Positions 48,585-57,707 of a DNA stretch of 64,000 nucleotides are shown here, piece after piece. Origin of the DNA: Candidatus Marinacidobacterium sp. (GTDB lineage: Bacteria; Acidobacteriota; Vicinamibacteria; Marinacidobacterales; Marinacidobacteraceae); contig OZ244852.1 in NCBI GenBank assembly GCA_965220965.1, positions 2,496,001 through 2,560,000 of the forward strand, written 5' to 3'. The position numbers and the translations under genes are program-made. The notes below the pieces were generated by a model that was not told where the DNA came from, did no database searches, and was given only the letters and a program-made list of their open reading frames with translations. Numbering within the stretch: the stretch's first letter is position 1; the number at the start of each line of letters is the position of its first letter.

Positions 48585-49067
48585 ATGGCCACCCGGGCGG
48601 AGCGCGACCGGGAGTTCCTGGAGGCCGCGCTCCTCGAGGCGCGGCGCGCCGGGGAGGCGGGAGAGGTGCCGGTGGGGGCGGTGCTGGTGCGGGAAGGGGA
48701 GGTCCTCGCCACCGGGCGGAACCGGGTCCGCGAGTCCGGAGACCCGACCGCCCACGCCGAGATCGAGGCGATCCGCCTGGCGGCGTCCCGACTGGGGAAC
48801 TACCGGCTGACCGGCTGCGATCTGTTCGTGACCGTCGAGCCCTGTCTGATGTGCGCGGGGGCGATCGTGCACGCCCGCATCCGCCGTCTGCTCTACGGCG
48901 CGCCGGAGCCCAAATTCGGTGCGGTAGAGTCTCGCGTCTCCCTCGTGGAACTCGGTCTGCCGCACCGGATCGGGATCGCGTCGGGGAAGACGGACCCGGA
49001 GGCCGCCGAAGTCGCCCGCGCCGCGCGCGAACTGCTTCAGTCGTTCTTCCGGGAACGCAGGTCCTGA
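48585..49067 (+). CDS. tadA: tRNA adenosine(34) deaminase
   Basis: EVPVGAV, DPTAHAE, NYRL, TVEPCLMCAGA, EPKFG, LLQSFF. Confidence 0.95.
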   Translation: MATRAERDREFLEAALLEARRAGEAGEVPVGAVLVREGEVLATGRNRVRESGDPTAHAEIEAIRLAASRLGNYRLTGCDLFVTVEPCLMCAGAIVHARIRRLLYGAPEPKFGAVESRVSLVELGLPHRIGIASGKTDPEAAEVARAARELLQSFFRERRS

Positions 49068-49137
49068 CCGGAGCCAGGCCCTGACTCCGCGGGACCGGTC
49101 GAATCTGTCGGACCGTCCATCGGTCCGGACCCGACCC

Positions 49138-49230
49138 GGAGAGGTACCGAAGTGGCCGTAACGGGGGCGCCTCGAAAGCGCTTTGTCCGGTGAAGAGCCG
49201 GGCACGTGGGTTCGAATCCCACCCTCTCCG
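49138..49230 (+). tRNA. tRNA-Ser (anticodon CGA)
   Basis: GGAGAGG/CCTCTCC acceptor stem, anticodon arm GGCGC-CTCGAAA-GCGCT, long variable arm, GTTCGAATC T-loop, G discriminator; followed by CCG rather than CCA. Confidence 0.96.
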
Positions 49231-50128
49231 CCGAGGTCTCGCCGCGCTCGTCCTCGCCATCCCGCTCATCGGGGCATCGGCCCCGGCGAAACAGGCAGGC
49301 GATTCGCCCACGGTCACGGTCGCCGCGTGGAACATCGCGTGGTTCGGCGACGGCGTGGACGACGAAGTCCTCACCGGGAACCGGGACGGCGGACGGTTTG
49401 TGCGGCGGGAGGCGGACCTCGAGCGGCTTCGCCGGATCGTCGCCCGGTTGACCGAACTCGGGACCGACGCCGTAGCGCTCCAGGAGATCGAGAACGAGGC
49501 CGCCGCCCGGCGGCTGTTCCCCGAGGCCGACTGGGACCTCTTCGTGTCCCGCCGCGACACCGACCGGGCGTGGGCCCAGCGGACCGTGCTCGCCGTCCGC
49601 CGGGCCGCCGGCTGGAGCGTCGAACGCCACCGGGACGTGGTCGAGTGGTCTCCCCAGGGGCGGGATCGCCACGGGGTCGACCTGACGCTGTCCCGAGGAG
49701 AGGACCGGGTTCGCGTCCTGGGCATCCACTTCGAGTCGGGATGCGCCGGGCGTTCGCTGGACTCCGGCGTGCGGGACTGCGGCTTCCTGCGCATGCAGTT
49801 CGCGGTGCTCAAGGGCTGGCTCTACGACCGGCTGGAGGAAGGGATCCCGGCGATCGTCGCCGGGGACTGGAACTTCTTTCTTTCGCGCGCCGGCGAACCG
49901 CTGCCCGACCTGCCCGGTAGCCCGGTGATCCTCCCCTCCACCGGAAGCTCCCCCGGGTGCTGGCGCGGGCGGTTCCCCAACTTCGTCGACCACATCGTGG
50001 CGTTCCCGGCGCCCGGAGGAAGCGCCGCGCCGACGCGGTTCGAGGAGGTCCTGTTTGACGCTCCGCTCGAGCTGCGGGACCGGCTCTCGGATCACTGCGC
50101 GCTCGTCGGCGGGTTCGCGTTCCGGTAG
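49190..50128 (+). CDS. Exported endonuclease/exonuclease/phosphatase (EEP) family protein
   Basis: Signal-like LAALVLAIPLIGASAPA, TVAAWNI, DAVALQEIE, GIHF, VAGDWN, VDHI, SDHC. The start GTG lies inside the tRNA. Confidence 0.82.
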   Translation: MKSRARGFESHPLRRGLAALVLAIPLIGASAPAKQAGDSPTVTVAAWNIAWFGDGVDDEVLTGNRDGGRFVRREADLERLRRIVARLTELGTDAVALQEIENEAAARRLFPEADWDLFVSRRDTDRAWAQRTVLAVRRAAGWSVERHRDVVEWSPQGRDRHGVDLTLSRGEDRVRVLGIHFESGCAGRSLDSGVRDCGFLRMQFAVLKGWLYDRLEEGIPAIVAGDWNFFLSRAGEPLPDLPGSPVILPSTGSSPGCWRGRFPNFVDHIVAFPAPGGSAAPTRFEEVLFDAPLELRDRLSDHCALVGGFAFR

Positions 50129-50247
50129 GAAGCGAGGGGCCCGGGGCCGCCTCGGCGGGCCCCGGAAAGCGCGCGGTCGGCGGCGACTGCGACCGGTCGA
50201 CTTTTCGCCCTTCAACGGCGTGGCGGGCTCGCTTACACTGGCCGGTT

Positions 50248-53200
50248 CTGCCCGCCACCGTCCCCCTTCCGCCCATCGAAGCCACCCTGACCCCGTCGGG
50301 CCGGCTGCATGTCTGGTCGGCGTCCGCCCCGGTCACCGACATCGAGCGCTGGGTCGGCGACCGGATCGGAGACCGCTGGTCGACGAATGGACACGAGGTC
50401 GCCGACAGGATCCGGTTTGGCGGGGGCGTCACCGCGGGGCTTGCGCTGACGCCCTTCGAGGCGGCGCGCGTCCTCGCCGCGGCGCCGGTTCCTGGCGCCG
50501 GGGGGACTGACTGCGCGCCGTCGCTCCGCTTCTGGGCGCTCGCGACGGTCTTCCTGCTCGAGCTCCTCAAGCGCGGGCGCTTCCGTCCGGTGCTGAGCCG
50601 GCGGGGGCCGCGCACCGCGACCCGCTGGCAAGTCGACCTGGAGTCTCATCGCACCGAGCTCGACGCGCTCTGCCTCGCCGCGCCGCCGCAAGCTCTCGCC
50701 GCAGGCGCGAGGCTCGGCCTGGAGCCGGCCATCCGCCGGTTCCTCTCCGCCGTCGGAGACGGCGTGATCCGCGACGCCGGCCGCCGGCTTGGCTGGCCGA
50801 CGACGCCCGCATCCGACGCAGCCCCGGGGGCTGTCATCGAGCGGGTTCTGGACGACCTGTTCGCCGGGGCGTCCCGGGGGTTCCCGAGCCCCGGCCCGAA
50901 CGCGCACCGCCGAGTTCAGGCGGCGATTTCATCGAGGGGTTCCGACCCGGTGGCGTTCGCTTTCGGCTCGAAGCGACTGGCGCTGACGTTGACGCCCCCG
51001 GAAGCCGCCGATGACGGCGATGCTCCGGCCGACGAGGCCTGGACGATCCGTTTCGGGCTGGTGGAGTCGGCGGGAGAGCGCGGCGCGGAGTCTGGACCGG
51101 TCGAGCCCGCGCCCGACGCCCGCCCCGCCCCGCTCACCGAGGTGTGGCGCGCCTCGGAAGCCGGAGAGAACATCCAGCGCTTCGGAGTGGCTCATCCCGC
51201 CATCCCGGTCCTTGCGTGCCTGGGACGGGCGGCGCGGATCGCCCCGATCCTGGAACGCGGGCTCGCGTGTCCGGCTCCGGAGGAAGTGAGCATCTCGATC
51301 GCCGAGGCGTTCGAGTTCCTCCACGAGAGCCGGCCGGCGCTCCTGCGGGAGGGGTTCGACGTCCGGGTTCCGAAGGCGCTGGCGAAGCGGAATCGGCGAC
51401 GCCCGACCCTCCAGCTCACCATCCGGCCGGCCCGACCCGCCGACGCCGCCCGCGAGCCGGACCGGGACGCTCCGGGCGAGGCGCCGCGCCCCGCCCCGGA
51501 ATCGGGTGGAGGGGACCGGCTCGGGCTCGATGCGCTCGTGGACTACAGCTGGCGGGTCGCGATCGGAGACCAGACCTGGAGCCTCGACGATTTCCGGCGG
51601 CTGACCAGGGGCAAGCGCAGGCTGATCCGGTCCGGCGCGGACTGGGTCGAGGTGGATCGGGACGCGGTGCACCGCCTGTTCAACGAAGCGGCCCGTCGAC
51701 GCGCCCACGTCGGAAAGACCCCGGTCCTGCGGGATGCGCTGCGGGAGCGGCTGCGCCTCGCCGGACGCCCCGCCGATCTCTTCGAGGAGGACGAGGGCGC
51801 GGTGCTCTCCCGGATCGAAGGCAAGGACTGGATCGGCAGCCTGTTCCGCGCGCTCGAGACCGGAGCGGAGCGCCTCGGGCCCCTCGATCCACCGAGGGGC
51901 CTGAGGACCGAGCTGCGCCCCTACCAGCGGGTCGGTTACGCCTGGCTGCGGTTGCTGGCGGACCACGGTCTCGGCGGCTGCCTCGCCGATGACATGGGCC
52001 TCGGCAAGACCTGCCAGGCGCTGACGTTCCTGCTGGGGGAACAGGAGGCCGGTCGGCTCAACCGGCCCTGGCTGCTCGTCTGTCCCAACTCCATCATCGC
52101 GAATTGGCGGAAGGAAACCGAGCGCTTCGCTCCTTCGCTGCGTCTGCATGTCCGGCAGGGCTCGGGCCGGGTCCGGTCCGCCGGGTTCCGGGAGTCGGTC
52201 GCGCGCAGCGACCTGGTGGTCTGTTCCTTCGGCATCGTCCACCGGGACCTCGAGGAGCTGCAGGCGGTGGAATGGGGCGGGATCGTGGTCGACGAGGCCC
52301 AGAACCTGAAGAACCCGGGCGCGAAGCAGACCCGGGCGGTGCGGCGGCTGGACGCCCCGGTCCGCTTCGCCCTGACCGGGACGCCGCTGGAGAACCGGCT
52401 GACCGATCTGTGGTCCATCATGGAGGTTCTGAACCCGGGTCTGCTCGGGCCCCAGCGGACGTTCCGTCGCGCGTTCGCCTCGGCGGTCGAGGGGAACGGA
52501 GACCCGGAGGCCACCGCGCAGCTCCGTCGGCTCATCCGCCCGTTCCTGCTGCGACGACTCAAGACGGATCCGCGAGTGCTTCGGGATCTCCCCGAGAAGC
52601 ACCAGACCCGGGTCTACTGCAACCTGACCCCCGAACAGGCGTCGCTCTACCAGGCGGCCGTCGACCAGTGCCTCGAGCGCATCGGCAGGAGCAGCGACTT
52701 CGTCCGTCGGGGGGAGATCCTGCGCACGCTGACCCGCCTCAAGCAGATCTGCAACCATCCGGAGAACTTCCTCCGGAGCGGCGGTCCGCTTCAGGGCCGG
52801 TCCGGCAAGCTGACGCGGCTCGAGGAGATCCTCTCCGAGGTGCGGCAGCAGGGGGAGCGGGCGCTGGTGTTCACCCAGTTCGCCGAGATGGCGAGGCTCC
52901 TCGCCCCCTACCTGAGCGCGGTCCTCGGCGTCGAGGTCCCGGTGCTCCACGGCGCGATCCCGGTCGGGGACCGCGACGCGATCGTGACGCGCTTCCAGGA
53001 GGGGAAGGACGCCCCCCCGCTTCTCGTGCTTTCGCTGCGGACCGGCGGCTACGGCCTCAACCTGACGCGGGCCAGCCACGTCATCCACTACGACCGCTGG
53101 TGGAATCCGGCGGTCGAGAACCAGGCGACCGACCGGGCCTTCCGCATCGGCCAGCAGCGCCGGGTGCTGGTCCACAAGTTCCTCTGCACCGGGACCCTCG

Positions 53201-53343
53201 AGGAGCGGATCGCGGACCTCCTCCGGCGCAAGTCCGCCCTTGCCGAGTCCGTGATCGGGACCGGCGAGGGATGGCTCGCCTCGCTGTCGGTGGACGCGCT
53301 CCGGGATGTTCTCGTGCTCGGGTCGGACGCGGTGACGCCGTGA
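50248..53343 (+). CDS. SNF2-family helicase/ATPase with extended N-terminus
   Basis: LRPYQ..G..WL, LADDMGLGKT, DEAQNLKN, LTGTPLENRL, LRRLK, SGK, GYGLNLT, DRWWNPAVENQATDRAFRIGQ. The conserved-looking N-terminus (RLHVW, SLRFW..LLELLKRGRFRP) runs upstream of the first GTG (50590), so the start is uncertain. Confidence 0.88.
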   Translation: MPATVPLPPIEATLTPSGRLHVWSASAPVTDIERWVGDRIGDRWSTNGHEVADRIRFGGGVTAGLALTPFEAARVLAAAPVPGAGGTDCAPSLRFWALATVFLLELLKRGRFRPVLSRRGPRTATRWQVDLESHRTELDALCLAAPPQALAAGARLGLEPAIRRFLSAVGDGVIRDAGRRLGWPTTPASDAAPGAVIERVLDDLFAGASRGFPSPGPNAHRRVQAAISSRGSDPVAFAFGSKRLALTLTPPEAADDGDAPADEAWTIRFGLVESAGERGAESGPVEPAPDARPAPLTEVWRASEAGENIQRFGVAHPAIPVLACLGRAARIAPILERGLACPAPEEVSISIAEAFEFLHESRPALLREGFDVRVPKALAKRNRRRPTLQLTIRPARPADAAREPDRDAPGEAPRPAPESGGGDRLGLDALVDYSWRVAIGDQTWSLDDFRRLTRGKRRLIRSGADWVEVDRDAVHRLFNEAARRRAHVGKTPVLRDALRERLRLAGRPADLFEEDEGAVLSRIEGKDWIGSLFRALETGAERLGPLDPPRGLRTELRPYQRVGYAWLRLLADHGLGGCLADDMGLGKTCQALTFLLGEQEAGRLNRPWLLVCPNSIIANWRKETERFAPSLRLHVRQGSGRVRSAGFRESVARSDLVVCSFGIVHRDLEELQAVEWGGIVVDEAQNLKNPGAKQTRAVRRLDAPVRFALTGTPLENRLTDLWSIMEVLNPGLLGPQRTFRRAFASAVEGNGDPEATAQLRRLIRPFLLRRLKTDPRVLRDLPEKHQTRVYCNLTPEQASLYQAAVDQCLERIGRSSDFVRRGEILRTLTRLKQICNHPENFLRSGGPLQGRSGKLTRLEEILSEVRQQGERALVFTQFAEMARLLAPYLSAVLGVEVPVLHGAIPVGDRDAIVTRFQEGKDAPPLLVLSLRTGGYGLNLTRASHVIHYDRWWNPAVENQATDRAFRIGQQRRVLVHKFLCTGTLEERIADLLRRKSALAESVIGTGEGWLASLSVDALRDVLVLGSDAVTP

Positions 53344-54215
53344 GGGGAAGCCTCGCGGCCGACCCGCGGACCGCCTGGTGGGCCGCCGACTTCCTGCGGC
53401 TGGCGCCGGGCGCCGCCGAGGCGGCGCCGCGAGGGTCGGTCGCCGTGGCGCCGGGGGAGGCGACCGCTCTGGTGGACGGACGGGGATTTCGTCCGAGAGA
53501 GGTGAGCTTTCGGACTCCGCCGCTGAGCGATCGCCACTGGGCGTCGTTCTGCCGGGTGTTCCGGAGGAAGGCGCTCTACCCGGCGGCGCTCCGCGCGGGA
53601 TACCTGCCGCGCTCCGCGCGGGCGGAGCTGGCGCGCGCCGGCGTCCGGCTGGTCCCCGCGCCCTCGAGGGTCCGGGCCGAGCCCGGCGACGCTCCGCCGG
53701 ATCTGCTCGCCGCCGCCTGCCGGCTGGTCGCGGGGCGCTTCGCCGAGGACCCCCTCGAGCTGCTTGTCTTTCGGGGCGCCGATCCCGCAGCGCTCCTCGA
53801 CGAGACCTCCCGGCCGTGGCGCGCCGCCGGCTCCCGGAACGGTCCGGCCCTCCCGCTGGGCGAGCTGCGGCGGATCCTCGACCAGAGCGCCGGGCCGGAG
53901 GATCTGGCCGGCTCCCTGCTGGGTTCCGTCCGGGCCTCCGAGGCCTTCCGGGCGGATCCGGTGCTCCGCGGCAGCCTCACCCGGCTCTACACCAAGGTCG
54001 CCGAACGCGCCGCCGCGGTCGGCCAGCGGGCCGGCGGCTCAGTAGCCGGGCGGGGCGCGGCGCTCGGCGGCGCGGATCGTGTCGCGGCGGGCGAGGTAGT
54101 AGGCCAGGGCGAGGCCGATGCCGAAGAGCAGCCCCATCGCGTGAGCCCGGTAGCTGACCTGCGGCTCGATCGAGGTCGGGACCAGCACGATCAGAAAGAC
54201 CCCGGTGGCGCGTAG
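53340..54215 (+). CDS. Degenerate SWIM zinc-finger family partner of the SNF2 helicase
   Basis: GTGA coupling; AWWA, PLSDRHW, AALRAGYLP, GVRLVP, RFAEDPLELLVFRG match the family scaffold, but CxC...CxH is absent. Confidence 0.6.
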   Translation: MRGSLAADPRTAWWAADFLRLAPGAAEAAPRGSVAVAPGEATALVDGRGFRPREVSFRTPPLSDRHWASFCRVFRRKALYPAALRAGYLPRSARAELARAGVRLVPAPSRVRAEPGDAPPDLLAAACRLVAGRFAEDPLELLVFRGADPAALLDETSRPWRAAGSRNGPALPLGELRRILDQSAGPEDLAGSLLGSVRASEAFRADPVLRGSLTRLYTKVAERAAAVGQRAGGSVAGRGAALGGADRVAAGEVVGQGEADAEEQPHRVSPVADLRLDRGRDQHDQKDPGGA

Positions 54216-55058
54216 CAGGCGCTTCGGGATCGAAAGCCGCCGCTCGACCAGCACGTAGAGCGTCAGCCACGTCCCGGCGAGCAGGTAGAGGAGTCCCGAG
54301 GCTCCGACCACCCGGATGTTCGGCGGATAGCCCTCGAGCGTGGCCGCCAGCGAGAGCGCGGCCGCCGGGACGGTGGCCCACGGGAAGAGGCTCGGTCCGA
54401 ACGCTCCGTAGCTGAAGTAGATGAGCCAGGTCAGGAAGAGGGCGTTCGACAGGAAGTGGATGGCGTCGGCGTGCGCCGCCATCGCGGTGAAGAGGCGCCA
54501 CACCTCCCCCCGGCCGAAGACCGTCTCGCCGCTCGCCGGCAGGCTCTCCGCGATCTCGCGCGGCCCCCACCAGTAGAGCGCGCTTCCGAAGGCCAGGACC
54601 ACAAGCGTCCCGACGACGGCCGTCACCGATCCCGGTCGGGGCTTCTTCGACAGCAGCGTCTCCACGACCGGCAGGTCGTTCCATCCCCCCGGCGCGTCCG
54701 CGTAGGCGCCCGCCTCGAAACCCGGCTCATCCCACCGCGCGTCCCTGTCGGCGCCCTCCCGCTCGAAGTCCGAACCGCCCGTCTGGGTGAATTCGTCCTC
54801 GTCGAACTCTTCCTCGTCGGCCGTCAGCCACTCGCCTTCCTCCTCGTCGGCGTACTCGTACTCGGGCTCCTCGCCGAAGAGCGCCCCGCGGTCGTCCCAC
54901 TCGCCCGGGAGCTCGACGACCGGCCCGTCGTCGTCGACGGGTCCCCGCGTGTCCTCGCGCCTCCCGGGCCATTCGTCCGCCGGCCGGGCGCCGTCCGTCC
55001 CGGCGGGCCCGGAGGACGGGGCGCCGAGCCGCCGGCGGAGTCTTCGGATCCAGCTCAT
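54039..55058 (-). CDS. Rhomboid intramembrane serine protease with acidic N-terminal extension
   Basis: WRLFTA..H, HFLSN, VGASG catalytic Ser, AHAMG catalytic His. Confidence 0.88.
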   Translation of the reverse strand: MSWIRRLRRRLGAPSSGPAGTDGARPADEWPGRREDTRGPVDDDGPVVELPGEWDDRGALFGEEPEYEYADEEEGEWLTADEEEFDEDEFTQTGGSDFEREGADRDARWDEPGFEAGAYADAPGGWNDLPVVETLLSKKPRPGSVTAVVGTLVVLAFGSALYWWGPREIAESLPASGETVFGRGEVWRLFTAMAAHADAIHFLSNALFLTWLIYFSYGAFGPSLFPWATVPAAALSLAATLEGYPPNIRVVGASGLLYLLAGTWLTLYVLVERRLSIPKRLLRATGVFLIVLVPTSIEPQVSYRAHAMGLLFGIGLALAYYLARRDTIRAAERRAPPGY

Positions 55059-55130
55059 CGGGAGAGGGGTATTCTGCGCGCCGCCCGTCCGCGACCCACC
55101 GAAAAGAACCGACCCGAAGGAAAGGACCGC

Positions 55131-56342
55131 ATGCCCCATCGCATCGCCCTCGCGTATTCCGGAGGCCTGGACACGTCCTGCGCCATTCCCTGGCTCCGGG
55201 AGCAATACGAGGCCGAAGTCCTCGCCGTGATCGCCGATGTGGGCCAGGACGAGGACCTCGAAGCGGCCTCGGCGAAGGCGTTGGCCTCGGGCGCCTCGGA
55301 GGTGTTCGTGGAGGACCTTCGGGACGAGTTCGTCCGCGACTACGTGTTCCCGGCGGTCCGCGCCGCGGCGGTCTACGAGGGGCGCTATCTGCTCGGGACC
55401 TCGCTCGCCCGGCCGGTCATCGCGAAGCGTCAGGTGGAGATCGCGCTTCGGGAGGGCGCCGACGCGGTGGCGCACGGCTGCACCGGCAAGGGGAACGATC
55501 AGGTCCGCTTCGAGCTCGCCTTCCACGCTCTCGCGCCCGAACTCGAGGTCATCGCTCCCTGGCGGATGTGGGACATCCGGTCCCGCGAGGACGCCCTCGC
55601 CTATGCCGCCCGCCACGGCGTTCCGGTGGAGCAGACCCGGAGCGACCTCTACAGCCGCGACCGGAATCTGTTTCACCTGAGCCACGAAGGAGAGGACCTC
55701 GAAGACCCCTGGAACGCCCCTCCGAAGGACCTGTTCCGGATCAGCGAGGACCCGGAGGACATCGGGCGCTCCGCCGAGACGGTCGACGTGTCCTTCGAAT
55801 CCGGCATCCCGGTCGCGGTGGACGGCCAGGCGCTCGGCCCGGCCGCGCTGCTGTCCGAACTGAACCGGCGCGGCGGCGCCCACGGCGTCGGCCGGGTGGA
55901 CATCGTCGAGAACCGCCTCGTCGGGATGAAGTCCCGGGGCGTCTACGAGACCCCCGGCGGCGCGATCCTCCACGAGGCCCGGGAAGCGCTCGCCAGCATC
56001 TGCCTCGACCGCGCCACCGCGCACTTCGCCGCCGGCGTCTCGCTTCGCTACGCCGAGCTGGTCTACGACGGGAAGTGGTTCTCCGCGCTCCGCGAGGCGC
56101 TCGACGCCTTTTTCGCCGAAGTCCACCGGAACACCACCGGGGACGCGCGGGTCCGGCTCCACCGGGGGACCGCGCAGGCGGTCGGCCGGCGCAGCCCGAA
56201 GAGCCTCTACCGCGAGGACTTCGCCACCTTCGGGGAGGACGAGGTCTACCGGCAGGCTGACGCCGAGGGCTTCATCCGCCTCTTCGGGCTGCCGGAGCGG
56301 ATCCGCCGCATGACCCGCGGGAAGCCGGACGGCGGATCGTGA
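55131..56342 (+). CDS. argG: Argininosuccinate synthase
   Basis: LAYSGGLDTS, YLLGTSLARP, HGCTGKGNDQVRFE, ENRLVGMKSRGVYETPG. Confidence 0.97.
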   Translation: MPHRIALAYSGGLDTSCAIPWLREQYEAEVLAVIADVGQDEDLEAASAKALASGASEVFVEDLRDEFVRDYVFPAVRAAAVYEGRYLLGTSLARPVIAKRQVEIALREGADAVAHGCTGKGNDQVRFELAFHALAPELEVIAPWRMWDIRSREDALAYAARHGVPVEQTRSDLYSRDRNLFHLSHEGEDLEDPWNAPPKDLFRISEDPEDIGRSAETVDVSFESGIPVAVDGQALGPAALLSELNRRGGAHGVGRVDIVENRLVGMKSRGVYETPGGAILHEAREALASICLDRATAHFAAGVSLRYAELVYDGKWFSALREALDAFFAEVHRNTTGDARVRLHRGTAQAVGRRSPKSLYREDFATFGEDEVYRQADAEGFIRLFGLPERIRRMTRGKPDGGS

Positions 56343-57703
56343 AGCTCTGGGGCGGGCGCTTCGCGGCGCCTCCCGCCGACGCTCTCGACCGTCTCGGCAA
56401 GTCGATCCATTTCGACCGGAGGCTCCACGCCGAGGAGGTGCGGGTCAACCGCGCCTACGCCCGGGCGCTCGCCGCCGCCGGCGTCCTCACCGAGGCCGAG
56501 CGCGACCGGATCGTGGGCGGCCTCGAGCGCGTCGGCGCCGCCCTCGCCGCCGATCCGCCGCCGCCCCTCGATGACGAGGACATCCACACCGCGGTGGAGC
56601 GGATGCTCGCCAACGAAATCGGCGAGCTGGCCAGGAAGCTCCCGACCGGGCGAAGCCGCAACGACCTCTCGCAGTCCGGGTTCCGGCTCTACCTCGCCGA
56701 GGGGATCCCCGGGGTCGTCGAAGCGGTGGACGGGCTCCGGGCCGCCTTGCTGGATCGCGCCGGCGAGACGGTCGAGACGCTGGTTCCGGGCTACACCCAT
56801 CTGCAGCGCGCCCAACCGGTGGTCTTTGCGCAGTTGCTGCTGTCGCACTTCTGGCCGCTGACGCGCGACCGGGACCGCCTGCTCGCCGCCGCCGGGCGCG
56901 CCGCGGCGTCCCCGATGGGCGCGGGCGCCCTCGCCGGCAATCCCTACCCGGTGGATCGCCGCGCGATCGCGGCCGACCTCGGGCTTCCGGGCGTTCTCGA
57001 GAACAGCGTGGACGCGGTGGGAACCCGGGACTACGCGCTCGAGTTCCTCGCCGCCGGCGCGATCCTCGGCGTCCATCTCTCGCGGCTGGCCGAGGACATC
57101 GTCCTGTGGTCCTCCGCCGAGTTCGGGTTCGTCCGGCTCGACGACGCCTGGTCGACCGGCTCCAGCCTCATGCCGCAGAAGCGGAACCCCGACGGCTTCG
57201 AACTCATCCGGGGAAAGACCGGCCGCCTGGTGGGGAACCTGGTGGCGCTGCTGACGGTCGGCAAGGGCCTGTCGTCCGGCTACCAGCGGGATCTCCAGGA
57301 GGACAAGGAGCCCTGCTTCGACACGCTGGACACCCTGAACCAGGCGCTCCCGGTCGCCGCCGGCGCGGTCGCCACCATGCGGATCCGGGAGGACCGGATG
57401 CGCGCGGCGCTCTCGTGGGACCTGCTCGCGACGGACCTCGCCGAATACCTGGTGGCCCGCGGCCTGGCGTTCCGCGACGCCCACGAGGTCGCCGGCCGGG
57501 TCTTCGCCCATTGTGAGCGGGAGCAACTGGATCCGCCGGACCTGTCGCTCGCCGACCTGCGGGCGTTCTCCCCCGCCTTTGACGGGGAAGTCGCCGGCGT
57601 CTGGGACTACCGGGCCTCGGCCGCCCGGCGCGCCGTCACCGGCGGAACGGCCCCCGACGCGGTGCGCGAGCAGATCCGGACGGCCCGCCAGACGCTGACC
57701 TGA
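56339..57703 (+). CDS. argH: Argininosuccinate lyase
   Basis: LWGGRF, EDIH, GRSRND, PGYTHLQRAQP, GSSLMPQKRNPD. Confidence 0.97.
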   Translation: MKLWGGRFAAPPADALDRLGKSIHFDRRLHAEEVRVNRAYARALAAAGVLTEAERDRIVGGLERVGAALAADPPPPLDDEDIHTAVERMLANEIGELARKLPTGRSRNDLSQSGFRLYLAEGIPGVVEAVDGLRAALLDRAGETVETLVPGYTHLQRAQPVVFAQLLLSHFWPLTRDRDRLLAAAGRAAASPMGAGALAGNPYPVDRRAIAADLGLPGVLENSVDAVGTRDYALEFLAAGAILGVHLSRLAEDIVLWSSAEFGFVRLDDAWSTGSSLMPQKRNPDGFELIRGKTGRLVGNLVALLTVGKGLSSGYQRDLQEDKEPCFDTLDTLNQALPVAAGAVATMRIREDRMRAALSWDLLATDLAEYLVARGLAFRDAHEVAGRVFAHCEREQLDPPDLSLADLRAFSPAFDGEVAGVWDYRASAARRAVTGGTAPDAVREQIRTARQTLT

Positions 57704-57707
57704 GTCT

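Noticed and set aside
49231-54215. Integrative element inserted at tRNA-Ser
   Set aside because: No integrase and no duplicated tRNA 3' end seen in the window; composition is host-like.
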